Source: Parcubacteria group bacterium (GTDB lineage Bacteria > Patescibacteriota > Minisyncoccia > Phycocordibacterales > UBA2135). From it: 64,000 nucleotides of DNA. Shown one piece after another: positions 9,661 to 18,018 of the stretch. Every line of letters begins with the position of its first letter. Within the stretch, counting starts at the first letter, position 1. The position numbers were made by a program, and so were the translations under genes. The notes beneath the pieces were generated by a model. That model saw only the letters and a list, made by a program, of their open reading frames with translations, was not told the origin of the DNA and did not search any database. The stretch is taken from NCBI GenBank assembly GCA_016204045.1, contig JACQLQ010000004.1, positions 164,927-228,926 on the forward strand. The letters run 5' to 3'.

Positions 9661-10278
9661 ATGCGCACCCCCACACTTATTGGCACACCGAGCGTTTTAG
9701 CCGAAACATCTGACCGTTCACTTGTCTCGCAGGGTTTCAAGAACCCGCGTACAGACGGCATCGATCATGCCTCCGTGTCGCACATGAAGGCCTGTCCGGT
9801 GCTTACCCTTGCAATCACGCCGAGGCATGACGTCCTTGTCATAGAACGATTCCGCCACCAGGCAGCGTTTGGCACAACTGACGCGGCCCGTCATTCTTTG
9901 AATACCCTTGACCTAAAGGACGCAACAACGCGCGAGGTACCGGGTGGGAACCCCGAAGACGGACAATCGCTGGAAGATACCGTGCGTGCTGAGGTGGAGC
10001 GACAGACCGGATACAAACCCGGTGAGATCATCCGTCTTACAGAGAAGCCGCTTTGGGTCGACCCGGGCACGCTTTCATTCCCCTGCCAGCCGATGCTCGC
10101 CCTTGGTTGTGTACGCGTGGGAAACCCGAAGCCAAGCGCAACTGAGTTTTTCGGATTACGGCTAGTGCACATCATGAGCTGGCTCGACATGATTGACGAG
10201 GGCGGAGTGAATGATCTTCGGACAATAGCAGTCACCAAACTCGCAGAGAAACATTTGTGTAATCGAGGATTTATCTAA
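9661..10278 (+). CDS. Nudix-like hydrolase with a degenerate Nudix box (the start may be an internal Met near 9784)
   Basis: GGNPEDGQSLEDTVRAEVERQTGY aligns with the MutT box GGKIEMGETPEQAVVRELQEEVGI (E5, G7, E11, R, E17, E, G23 conserved). Confidence 0.45.
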   Translation: MRTPTLIGTPSVLAETSDRSLVSQGFKNPRTDGIDHASVSHMKACPVLTLAITPRHDVLVIERFRHQAAFGTTDAARHSLNTLDLKDATTREVPGGNPEDGQSLEDTVRAEVERQTGYKPGEIIRLTEKPLWVDPGTLSFPCQPMLALGCVRVGNPKPSATEFFGLRLVHIMSWLDMIDEGGVNDLRTIAVTKLAEKHLCNRGFI

Positions 10279-10415
10279 TAAATATGGACAGTATACGACG
10301 CCAGGCCTAGACCTGCGCGTCGTTTTAATGTGTAGTAGTAGACACATCCCCACCCTTGTGAGACACTCTGATTAGAAGTGAGCGGCTCCGCCGCTTGTCG
10401 TGAAAAGGAAATCCA

Positions 10416-11114
10416 ATGCGTGTCTTGTCAGCAGCTATTCTCGCCCCGTTACTTGCGTTCTCCCTGTTCGTGCACGAAGCCTCTGCCGCCAGTGCCTCCT
10501 CGGAGACGCGCGCGAGGGAGTTCATGCGCACGGTCACCGCAAAGCAATTCGGCGGTGTACGCGAGACGACCTGGGACCAGATCGGTCTCATCTTTTCTGC
10601 CCGAGAGATTGGCCTCGAACCTACTGCGACGCTCGAAGACATCGGGTACTCTCTTTTCATCGCGTGGGATCTTCGAATCGAAGCCGCATCGCGCGTCATG
10701 GACCAAATGCGTACACGCGTCTTCGAAGCCCTTGTCGACGGCAGGCACGCAGAGATTTCCCCCATGCTTGAAGAGGCAATGGAGTTGGAGCGTCGCGGCC
10801 TTGCACAGGTGCTTGGCGTACCAATAGGCACCCCGTGGACCGAGCTCAACCATCGCAACATTTCTCAAGCTTTCGATATCTCGATCGAAACAGTTGCAAC
10901 AATGACACCGATCAAATTTGGCGAACTCCACGTGGAAGAGACACGGCGAGAGACAGCCCTGGGGCTCGACCTGCCGCCCGACGCCCCTTGGTCGGAGATC
11001 TTCCGCGGCCTCTGGGCTTCAACGGTCATCGGCGCTGATCCTGCCGGCATTACCTGGAAGAATATTTCCGAAGTATTTAACGCCTGGCGAGAAAAGCAAG
11101 GCGTCACTCCTTAA
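10416..11114 (+). CDS. secreted hypothetical protein (signal peptide), GC-rich
   Basis: MRVLSAAILAPLLAFSLFVHEASA signal peptide; internal PW(T/S)E(L/I)...NIS(Q/E)(A/V)F repeats; terminator right after the stop. Confidence 0.5.
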   Translation: MRVLSAAILAPLLAFSLFVHEASAASASSETRAREFMRTVTAKQFGGVRETTWDQIGLIFSAREIGLEPTATLEDIGYSLFIAWDLRIEAASRVMDQMRTRVFEALVDGRHAEISPMLEEAMELERRGLAQVLGVPIGTPWTELNHRNISQAFDISIETVATMTPIKFGELHVEETRRETALGLDLPPDAPWSEIFRGLWASTVIGADPAGITWKNISEVFNAWREKQGVTP

Positions 11115-11129
11115 CGATATAAGTTTTTG

Positions 11130-11158
11130 AGCCGCCCCTTCTCCAGGCGGCTTTTTAT
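11130..11158 (+). terminator. rho-independent terminator
   Basis: agccgcc-ccttctcca-ggcggct hairpin plus TTTTT. Confidence 0.65.
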
Positions 11159-11172
11159 CTATTCTCTTTCCT

Positions 11173-11201
11173 TTGACAAATATGACTGAATATGTTAAAG
11201 T
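11173..11201 (+). promoter_or_regulatory. sigma70-like promoter with extended -10 (TTGACA-17-TGtTAAAGT)
   Basis: TTGACA at 11173-11178; TAAAGT at 11196-11201 preceded by TGT; a GGGGAG Shine-Dalgarno precedes the ATG at 11229. Confidence 0.5.
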
Positions 11202-11228
11202 TTTAATTGGTACAACGGGGAGACGAAA

Positions 11229-11456
11229 ATGGATCAAGAACTCCTTGGTCGAATGGTGACCGAAGCCTCAGCAAAATATGGCCGACTGCGTCCTCGCTTG
11301 GGCCATAAAACTGCCCTGAAAGATGCGATACGTTTCACTTTGAATGAATCTGGTGTTCAAGGTTCGAGACGCAAATCGTATTGGGGTGCCATGAGTCGGA
11401 AACTTGGGGCACGAGGTGGGCAAGTTACCGCAGCGAAACACACTAAGGGTAAATAA
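11229..11456 (+). CDS. small basic hypothetical protein
   Basis: Own promoter, strong SD and a downstream terminator. Confidence 0.45.
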   Translation: MDQELLGRMVTEASAKYGRLRPRLGHKTALKDAIRFTLNESGVQGSRRKSYWGAMSRKLGARGGQVTAAKHTKGK

Positions 11457-11478
11457 TTTCAATAGTCATTATACATGG

Positions 11479-11511
11479 GCCGTCCCACAAGTGGGGACGG
11501 CGTTTTGTTTT
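11479..11511 (+). terminator. rho-independent terminator
   Basis: gccgtccc-acaagtg-gggacggc hairpin plus GTTTTGTTTT. Confidence 0.7.
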
Positions 11512-11519
11512 AAACATCC

Positions 11520-12101
11520 TTACTCAAGCTCGAGAATAAAGCGATAGGGTTTGTGCGCCCACACCTTCCCCGCATACGCCACCCCGACACGCGCGGTCCG
11601 CCTTACAGCGGACCTTTTTATTTTGACTCCCCTGTCTTCGACCCAGAGCCCCGTTTTTGTACCGAGCTTTTTTGCGTTGAGCTTTTTATCAATCTTCAAC
11701 CCCTTAGTCAGACGTGCGGGGCCTTGTATGGTATCTACGGCACGAATAAGCACAGCTGCCGGGTATTCTTTCTCCCCCGTCACGATGTTGAACATCCAGT
11801 GCATGCCGTAGGTAAAATAGATATATATGGCACCAGCCTCAGTAAACATAACTTCGTTTCGTTTTGTGCGCCCACGTGAGGCGTGAGACGCCTTATCGTG
11901 CGGACCATCATACGCTTCTGTCTCGGTAATCATGTAGGCAACTTCGCGTCCACGAATCTTGCGCACCAAAAACTTGCCGAGCAGTTCTTCGGCAACCCTC
12001 GTCGTCGAACGATTAAAAAAGGTAAGAGGCAATCTTTTTCGCATACCAATATTGAACAATACTTTCATAATCCTGGCAAGGGTGTCTAAAAAAATTTTCA
12101 C
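11520..12101 (-). CDS. mpg: DNA-3-methyladenine glycosylase (Mpg/AAG family)
   Basis: ETEAYDGPHDKASHASRGRTKRNEVMF signature of the AAG family. Confidence 0.88.
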   Translation of the reverse strand: MKIFLDTLARIMKVLFNIGMRKRLPLTFFNRSTTRVAEELLGKFLVRKIRGREVAYMITETEAYDGPHDKASHASRGRTKRNEVMFTEAGAIYIYFTYGMHWMFNIVTGEKEYPAAVLIRAVDTIQGPARLTKGLKIDKKLNAKKLGTKTGLWVEDRGVKIKRSAVRRTARVGVAYAGKVWAHKPYRFILELE

Positions 12102-12156
12102 GCTACTATGTGGGAAGAAAGAAGGAGGATTTGTCGTACATTGACAAATCAGAGCA

Positions 12157-15015
12157 ATGGCTAAGGAAAAGAAGCAGACTGTGTGGGACCTTCCCCGATT
12201 GCGGGAACGTGCTAAGGAGTTGATTCAGGGCGGCCTTCTGGTGAAGGAAAAGGACCCTGAAGTTGCGCTCGCGAAAACACTCTCCGATGAATTCAAAGAT
12301 GCCCTGAAGAAACAGGGCCTTGTTTTGAACGCTGAAGCGGTTAAGGACGCACTGCCTACCCTCATCTGGACAGAGGGCAAAACCGGCACGCTCACTGCCC
12401 TCAAGGGTGTTGTGCGGCGCGGTGGATCACCTGGACGTCTCGAAAAATTCCAGAGTGCACATCCGTACATTCCCCTTCCCATGGTAGAACAGCGGGTACG
12501 AGATCTTTCGGGTATGACGCAGGTTGAGGCGCACGCGCCTCTCTTGTTACACGGCATCAACCGCATCGGCGGTGAAGGTGGTATCAAGCGGGTCGAAGAT
12601 TTCGAGATCCCGTCGGCAACCACTTCCCGTCCTTTCGTCATCCAACCAAAGGATACTAAGCATTGGCGATTCATGATCATCAACGGTGCCAATATCGGCT
12701 TGAAGCATGCGCGCGTCATGGAAGACAACCCCGTGCGGCAAGCGCTCTCGACGGCAGAACGTCTCGGGTGTGACACTGTATTTTTGACCAACCTGCTTGA
12801 CCTCGATCTGACAAAAGCAGGCGGCCCCCTGAAGGCGCTCCGCGCACTTTCTTCGGGACGCAACGTCAATGTGGCGATCCTTGACCCTTCATATCGTGAG
12901 GAGGCAATGAGAATCCTGAACACTCTTCCTGATGATGAGGTTATCTATGAAACCGCCAATGAGGTGTTCGAAGACCTTCTCACTGGTTGGGAAAAGATTA
13001 CCCATCTTCCGAAGCGCAAACCTTACGAAGGACGACCTGAATTCTCGGGAAAGACCTATATCGTCCTCGGCCGTAAGGAAGAAGACTTCATCGTCGCCGC
13101 GGCCTATTGGGACATTCGTTATGCGACTATCAAGAGACAGCAAGCAAACGAAATGGCTCTCAAGACTGCGAGGAACGCTCTCGGCAAAGCCCAGAAAGAG
13201 GGCAATGAGTCGCAGGTGAAGCGCCTCACTAAGGAAATTGAGAGATTGGCAAAGTTGAAGGCGCGATTTGCGACAACTGCTGTTCGCGACCAAGATTTTG
13301 TCCGTAAGTACCTCGCTATGCTTGCCTATGTTATCGGACGCTTCGAACAAAGCATTCCGAACTGTAAGGTAATCGGTGTTAATACTACGCACATTTCGTT
13401 CGGCGGAAAGACAATCGAACTCTCCGTCCCGGACCATGTGAAAGTGACCGACATGCTCCTCTCGAACCGAGTGGGGGCCCATGGTCCGCAAGTGCTTCGC
13501 AAAGATCTGGCTGATGCAATCATTGTGTGCCACCCTTATCCTCTGAACGCGCGCTTCACAGCGCGCGAGCGCGATGCAGACGGCAAGCGCGGACATTCGT
13601 ACTTCGCAGTAGCGCCCATGTGCGTGGACAGCAAGTTCTTGAGAGAAGCATTGAGACATATCATTCGTAAAGTGCACCCGATTAACAAGGCAGTCTTTAA
13701 CGAACAGTTCCAGCCGGGAGTACTCCTGGTTGAGACTGTGAACGGCGTACTCATGCCTCCGGAGCCTATCTCAATCGGCGCATTGGACAAGTTCCGTATG
13801 CGCACGAAGGATTTCGGTGAAGAAGGCACGTGGGGTGTTCGAAACACCACCTCGCCAATTCTGTTCCCCGCCACGCGCTACCTCTGGTATTTCATTTCGA
13901 CAGACATCCACATCGGTTCGCGCAACCGTGCAATCGTGTGGTGCAAAGAGACAGGCACGTACCTCGGAATGTTCGAGGCAGTCTGCTATATGATGCGCCG
14001 TGAAGGATTGTTGGGCAATGGTAAGATGCCGCCTGTGCATATGTTCAGTTCAAACGACGACGTAACACAGGGCAACCACTTCGAGACGCATCTTCAGCCG
14101 CACGTGCATGAACTTTCCCGTACACAGATTGAAGACACGTGGCGTAAGGAAATGGACAAAGCGAAGCGTGCCCCGAGCAAGGGCGCGGCGCTCGAGATCT
14201 TTGCCAACATGCGCGAGCTTATGCTCTATCAGTTGGAAATCCGGGGTCTCGACTGGACGCAGCAACAGGTGCTCGAGGTATTCGAAAAGTTGGTTGAGCA
14301 GAATCTCGATATGTACCGCGGTATCTTGCAGCGCGCAGAACATGCGAAGCTAAAGATCCGTGGCGTCTCCAAGTTTGCTGGGGTCCCCTACGACTCACGC
14401 GACCCAGGTGTCATCAATATCGGCACCGGCAACCACTTTGTGAAGACGATTGATCGCCGCATGGCAGAAGGTCCGCTCTATGCGGACAAGATTCGCGCAC
14501 TGCTCCGGACATATCCTGAATTTAAGGATGAGGGCGACGCGCTTCGAGATCTCGTCAAAGCTCCGCTCGACGGAAGCCGATTCATTAGTTACGGAACGGT
14601 TAAGGTCAACGGCGGCTATGAATGGGGTCTCGATATGCGCGATACCCCCACTGGCGGCGTTGACTGGAATGACCCACTTCGCCCAACGGTGCTCAAGGAA
14701 ATGCGCCGAGGCAACCCCTCGCGTGTCCTTGAGGGTCGGATGATTGTCCGTACCTATGGCGATAAGCACTTCTTGTCGTTCATCATCACTCCCGGGGCCA
14801 TCTTCCTGATGGGTCCTCCGGGTACGCACACGGACGTCTACGGCGAACACGGTTTCCCGCCCAACAACACAGGTGTGGTGTTCTTGGGACTCCCCGTTGA
14901 TGGCCCCGATGGCGGCCCAATCCTCGTCCGCCCGCTCCTCTTTGATGACATCAAGCGCATCATTGAGAGCAAGGAATCGTTTGATTGGGAGAAGTTCCTC
15001 CCCAATCCGGCATAA
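12157..15015 (+). CDS. large (952 aa) hypothetical protein, GC-richer than its flanks, no recognised domain
   Basis: Long uninterrupted ORF followed by a strong terminator; only weak and inconsistent phosphoesterase-like motifs (DIHIG, GNHF twice). Confidence 0.6.
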   Translation: MAKEKKQTVWDLPRLRERAKELIQGGLLVKEKDPEVALAKTLSDEFKDALKKQGLVLNAEAVKDALPTLIWTEGKTGTLTALKGVVRRGGSPGRLEKFQSAHPYIPLPMVEQRVRDLSGMTQVEAHAPLLLHGINRIGGEGGIKRVEDFEIPSATTSRPFVIQPKDTKHWRFMIINGANIGLKHARVMEDNPVRQALSTAERLGCDTVFLTNLLDLDLTKAGGPLKALRALSSGRNVNVAILDPSYREEAMRILNTLPDDEVIYETANEVFEDLLTGWEKITHLPKRKPYEGRPEFSGKTYIVLGRKEEDFIVAAAYWDIRYATIKRQQANEMALKTARNALGKAQKEGNESQVKRLTKEIERLAKLKARFATTAVRDQDFVRKYLAMLAYVIGRFEQSIPNCKVIGVNTTHISFGGKTIELSVPDHVKVTDMLLSNRVGAHGPQVLRKDLADAIIVCHPYPLNARFTARERDADGKRGHSYFAVAPMCVDSKFLREALRHIIRKVHPINKAVFNEQFQPGVLLVETVNGVLMPPEPISIGALDKFRMRTKDFGEEGTWGVRNTTSPILFPATRYLWYFISTDIHIGSRNRAIVWCKETGTYLGMFEAVCYMMRREGLLGNGKMPPVHMFSSNDDVTQGNHFETHLQPHVHELSRTQIEDTWRKEMDKAKRAPSKGAALEIFANMRELMLYQLEIRGLDWTQQQVLEVFEKLVEQNLDMYRGILQRAEHAKLKIRGVSKFAGVPYDSRDPGVINIGTGNHFVKTIDRRMAEGPLYADKIRALLRTYPEFKDEGDALRDLVKAPLDGSRFISYGTVKVNGGYEWGLDMRDTPTGGVDWNDPLRPTVLKEMRRGNPSRVLEGRMIVRTYGDKHFLSFIITPGAIFLMGPPGTHTDVYGEHGFPPNNTGVVFLGLPVDGPDGGPILVRPLLFDDIKRIIESKESFDWEKFLPNPA

Positions 15016-15037
15016 CTATAGATTGTTCTTTTTTGAA

Positions 15038-15066
15038 GCAATCCCGACATCTCGTCGGGATTTTTC
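15038..15066 (+). terminator. rho-independent terminator
   Basis: aatcccgac-atctc-gtcgggatt hairpin plus TTTTT. Confidence 0.7.
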
Positions 15067-15123
15067 ATATCCAAAAATACTCCGACAATCTTGAGATTAT
15101 TGCGGTGTTGTATGTGTAGATAT

Positions 15124-15150
15124 AATAAAACCACCGCAACGTGCGGTGGG
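15124..15150 (-). terminator. rho-independent terminator (minus strand)
   Basis: cccaccgca-cgtt-gcggtgg hairpin followed by a TTTTATTAT run on the minus strand. Confidence 0.6.
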
Positions 15151-15156
15151 TAACCA

Positions 15157-16533
15157 TTAAGCTTTCTTCGGCTCCGGGGGGACATCCATGACAGACGTTA
15201 GGTACTTTTCAACGCGCTTTGAGAGCTCCTGCGCCCACAGTTGACCCAGGGCCGCCCCAAGCATTGCAAGCGGAATCAAATCCACAAAGTGAGCATTCAA
15301 GATTACAAACGTGCCCATAGAGAAGTGAACAATGCCGTGCGGTATGCACGTCACTGCGTGGTAGCCAGCATGGTTCCTGTTCCCCGCCCTACTTGAGAGT
15401 GTGTGGGTCATATTCACGAGGAAAAAGAGTAGTCCACCAATTGCGAGCGCGGCCGGACGTACAAGGTCCTCGCTAAGCCATTGGATTAGCGGAACGGGTA
15501 GCACGATGTCATTCGCGACAATACCGAGAGCAGACAAGATCTGCGTGTTCCAAATGACATACCCGACAGTTAGGATTGCTGTGACCCAAAGCAGCTTCTT
15601 GTGCCACGTAACAGTCTTGTATACATCCTTGCCCTTCACATGGGCATCGGCCTTCAACTTCAGAGCTCGCTCGATTCCCATCGAAAGAAGGGCGCCGAAA
15701 TTACTCCCGGCAACAGTTGCGATTGTGTACGGAACGAGGAGGATAAGCGGCATGACCCCACCTACCGTTGTGTAGGAAATAAGGAATGCCCAATGAATGA
15801 CGAAGACCACGCTCCCGATGAGCCCCGTCACGACAGGCCACCCAGGATGGTCTCTGTTTGCGAGACGTGTGTTTATGGCGTAGACACCGTTTTGGACAAG
15901 GCCCAAGCTCATAACAATGAGTACGTCCACAAAGAATTGCGGGAAGAAGATGAGGTAGACGGCCAAACATTTCAGGACCGCCCCCCACAAATACCACGAA
16001 GTGTATTTATCGAGCTTCCGCAAACCGGCCGAACCAACGCTTTCTGTGTTCACCTCCCAGCGTGCTTCAACCCACTGCATCCACTGCGCACCCACCAGAC
16101 GTCCGGAAAGCGCGCCTGCCACAGCAATGACGAGTAATACCAAGAACTCTTCGGTGAAGGCCAGTCCTCCCCATACACCCTTCGCATATTGGTTCACTAG
16201 ATAAACCTCCGAGAGGATCCACATCGTAATGAACCATTGTCCGTTTGAAGGAATACTCGTCAGGGCGTGCAGGAACTGCGATTTCCTTTGACGCATCCGG
16301 GAGACCGCGATGAACGAGAAGAAGAGCAGGAACTGGAAGAAGAGAAACTGCATCAGGACGTTTGCTGGAATACCCTCTAACCGAAAGAGGGAGGCAATGA
16401 ACGCAGCGCCCAGAAAGACGCCTCCGCCTATACTAAGACTTGAGAGGTCAACCTTTCCCTTTGGCAGCAATGGGAGAAAGATCGGGCTTACTACACAAAA
16501 GAGTGTCAGAATGAAAAAAATGCCGAGCCCCAT
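15157..16533 (-). CDS. polytopic integral membrane protein, function unknown
   Basis: At least 10 hydrophobic segments; no transporter signature recognised. Confidence 0.6.
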   Translation of the reverse strand: MGLGIFFILTLFCVVSPIFLPLLPKGKVDLSSLSIGGGVFLGAAFIASLFRLEGIPANVLMQFLFFQFLLFFSFIAVSRMRQRKSQFLHALTSIPSNGQWFITMWILSEVYLVNQYAKGVWGGLAFTEEFLVLLVIAVAGALSGRLVGAQWMQWVEARWEVNTESVGSAGLRKLDKYTSWYLWGAVLKCLAVYLIFFPQFFVDVLIVMSLGLVQNGVYAINTRLANRDHPGWPVVTGLIGSVVFVIHWAFLISYTTVGGVMPLILLVPYTIATVAGSNFGALLSMGIERALKLKADAHVKGKDVYKTVTWHKKLLWVTAILTVGYVIWNTQILSALGIVANDIVLPVPLIQWLSEDLVRPAALAIGGLLFFLVNMTHTLSSRAGNRNHAGYHAVTCIPHGIVHFSMGTFVILNAHFVDLIPLAMLGAALGQLWAQELSKRVEKYLTSVMDVPPEPKKA

Positions 16534-16751
16534 TATCCGCTCTCTCCTTCCGCTTCATCGAGATTCCGAAGTGCGCCAGTGCGCATGCGCTCAAGCCTCT
16601 TGCGAAGATCTTTTGCGCCGAGCCGGTCTTCTGGACTATTGCTGGGGAAGCGCTTATTGACGATGCTCTGGATCAGCCTGTTACGAGTGGTCTCTTCGAG
16701 CATATTACCCATGACAAAGACCTCTGTTTTTCTCCCCGTATCGTATATCAC
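16533..16751 (-). CDS. small hypothetical protein (stop/start overlap ATGA with the downstream membrane gene)
   Basis: Translational coupling with the 15157-16533 gene. Confidence 0.3.
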   Translation of the reverse strand: MIYDTGRKTEVFVMGNMLEETTRNRLIQSIVNKRFPSNSPEDRLGAKDLRKRLERMRTGALRNLDEAEGESG

Positions 16752-16844
16752 CGCGCAATGTCTTGCAGTATTGACAAGACAGGAGAAGCGTGAATATCTG
16801 ATCCTTTGCTTGAGTAGAAACGCGCAAAAGAGTGCAACAAGCTT

Positions 16845-16874
16845 TTGGCACTACGGACAGATCTGGCATATAAT
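16845..16874 (+). promoter_or_regulatory. sigma70-like promoter (TTGGCA-18-TATAAT)
   Basis: TTGGCA at 16845-16850, TATAAT at 16869-16874, upstream of 16913. Confidence 0.45.
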
Positions 16875-16912
16875 TAACACACGCTAGCTACAATCTAAGT
16901 TTTTAAAAAAAC

Positions 16913-17314
16913 ATGGACATATCAGCACAACTTGAGAGTTTGAAGAGGGAGCTCGCAAGTGAGCAACAGAAGCTCGAGGGAAAAGAACGGGAGCTCGAAA
17001 GAAAGGGGCAGGACATTGCGAGGCTAAAACGCGAAGCGACGACTATTGAAAGCGCGAAAAAAGCGAAGGATCAAGAGCTCGTAAAGAAGAACCAAGATAT
17101 CGCACGACTGCAAGGCGAGGCGAAAAATATTGAAGCCGCGGCAAGCGTGAAAGGACAAGAACTTGCAAGAAAAAACCAGGAGGCTGAGAGACTTGAGAGT
17201 GAGGCAAAGAGTATCGAGGGCGAAATAGGTAGGATGAAGACAGAGATGCAACGACACGAACAAGAATTGGCAACTTTGCAAAGAGAGGTTGCGGAGATGG
17301 CAAAGAAAAAATAG
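16913..17314 (+). CDS. coiled-coil protein with an approximately 28-aa (84-nt) tandem repeat
   Basis: Repeating K(K/R)NQ(D/E)IARL..EAK.IE.A units; the stop sits inside a terminator hairpin. Confidence 0.6.
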   Translation: MDISAQLESLKRELASEQQKLEGKERELERKGQDIARLKREATTIESAKKAKDQELVKKNQDIARLQGEAKNIEAAASVKGQELARKNQEAERLESEAKSIEGEIGRMKTEMQRHEQELATLQREVAEMAKKK

Positions 17315-17336
17315 GCGTACAACGCCTATTTTTTCT
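17311..17336 (+). terminator. rho-independent terminator
   Basis: ataggcgt-acaa-cgcctat hairpin plus TTTTTCT. Confidence 0.7.
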
Positions 17337-17358
17337 GTTTACCGCGTTCCCCAATTTG

Positions 17359-17371
17359 TGACCCTACCGGG
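17359..17371. repeat. 13-nt copy of the tRNA-Glu 3' end (tgaccctaccggg)
   Basis: Identical to 17547-17559; by a random-match estimate this is not expected by chance in 64 kb. Confidence 0.6.
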
Positions 17372-17478
17372 GGACGCTTTGCTATCTCACTCTTTGGAAA
17401 CCCACGGTTTTCCAACGCCCCTCGACAAGCTCGGGGCTGCCTTCCTCCACGGGAAAACAAGTGTTTTCCCGACCCCTT

Positions 17479-17493
17479 TCCGGTTCGATTCCC
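17479..17493. repeat. 15-nt copy of the tRNA-Glu T-arm (ggttcgattcccggt) in the opposite orientation
   Basis: Matches the T-stem-loop of the tRNA at 17547-17618, but the T-stem is broken (one G missing). Confidence 0.55.
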
Positions 17494-17546
17494 GGTGCAA
17501 AATAATAGCCAAATTCCAACATCAAAAAGAGGTTGGAATTTACCTA

Positions 17547-17618
17547 TGACCCTACCGGGAATCGAACCCGGGTTTGAGGCTTGAGAAGCCTCCGTCCTAG
17601 CCGCTAGACGATAGGGCC
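17547..17618 (-). tRNA. tRNA-Glu (anticodon CUC)
   Basis: Reverse complement is GGCCCTATCGTCTAGCGGCTAGGACGGAGGCTTCTCAAGCCTCAAACCCGGGTTCGATTCCCGGTAGGGTCA; folds as a cloverleaf with a 7-bp acceptor stem, GAGGC/GCCTC anticodon stem, TTCTCAA loop and CCGGG/CCCGG T-stem; no encoded CCA. Confidence 0.9.
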
Positions 17619-17627
17619 TTTTTGGGA

Positions 17628-17661
17628 AACGGCTATCTCAAATACATGAGATAGCCGTTTG
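17628..17661. repeat. perfect 13-bp inverted repeat hairpin next to the tRNA 5' side
   Basis: aacggctatctca-aatacat-gagatagccgtt; T-runs on both sides but spaced 10-13 nt away. Confidence 0.5.
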
Positions 17662-17709
17662 TACAATATCACTTTTTTTTCTTTTACTCAAACGAATCTT
17701 GAGACGAGT

Positions 17710-17928
17710 TTACTTCCCCTTCTTTTTGTGACCTTGGAACATGCCCGAGTGCGAGAAGCTCTGGAATGCGAGCACGCCCGTGATGATGACGGCAAGCCAC
17801 GAGCACCACATTGGGATTTCCCAACCAGCAATCATCGCTTCCCAGCCATAGCCAATGCGAAAGGCGTGAAGCGTGAAGACGATAACGAATACCACACCAA
17901 CGAGTACGAAATAGTCGTTTTGTTTCAT
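17710..17928 (-). CDS. small membrane protein, hypothetical
   Basis: Two hydrophobic segments, Trp-rich. Confidence 0.35.
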   Translation of the reverse strand: MKQNDYFVLVGVVFVIVFTLHAFRIGYGWEAMIAGWEIPMWCSWLAVIITGVLAFQSFSHSGMFQGHKKKGK

Positions 17929-18018
17929 TGAAGTTAAAAAATTATTTTATATGCGTCGACCTTTGGTGAATAAAAAGTTGAATCCCTCGACGTTGCTCCT
18001 GGATAAACGCTTGCGCGT

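Noticed and set aside
10325-10931. 178-aa and 160-aa minus-strand ORFs and a 149-aa alternative-frame plus-strand ORF overlapping 10416-11114
   Set aside because: High GC generates ORFs in all frames here. Only the 10416 frame has a signal peptide, SD-spaced start and an immediate terminator.
12225-13677. 232-aa and 262-aa antisense ORFs inside the 952-aa gene
   Set aside because: They are nested within a longer uninterrupted sense ORF with a terminator. Their products are Arg/Ser-rich and low-complexity.
13900-14500. Possible calcineurin-like metallophosphoesterase in the 952-aa protein (DIHIG, GNHF twice)
   Set aside because: Motif order and spacing do not fit D-x-H ... GDxxDRG ... GNH[DE]. 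No GDxxD motif is present. The matches are probably chance.
17289-17549. 86-aa plus-strand ORF ending inside the tRNA-Glu gene
   Set aside because: It overlaps the tRNA and the tRNA-fragment repeats, has no SD, and is most likely non-coding.
17628-17661. Hairpin beside the tRNA as a definite terminator
   Set aside because: The 13-bp stem is perfect, but the U-runs lie 10-13 nt from the stem on either strand. It is kept as a repeat or possible processing element only.
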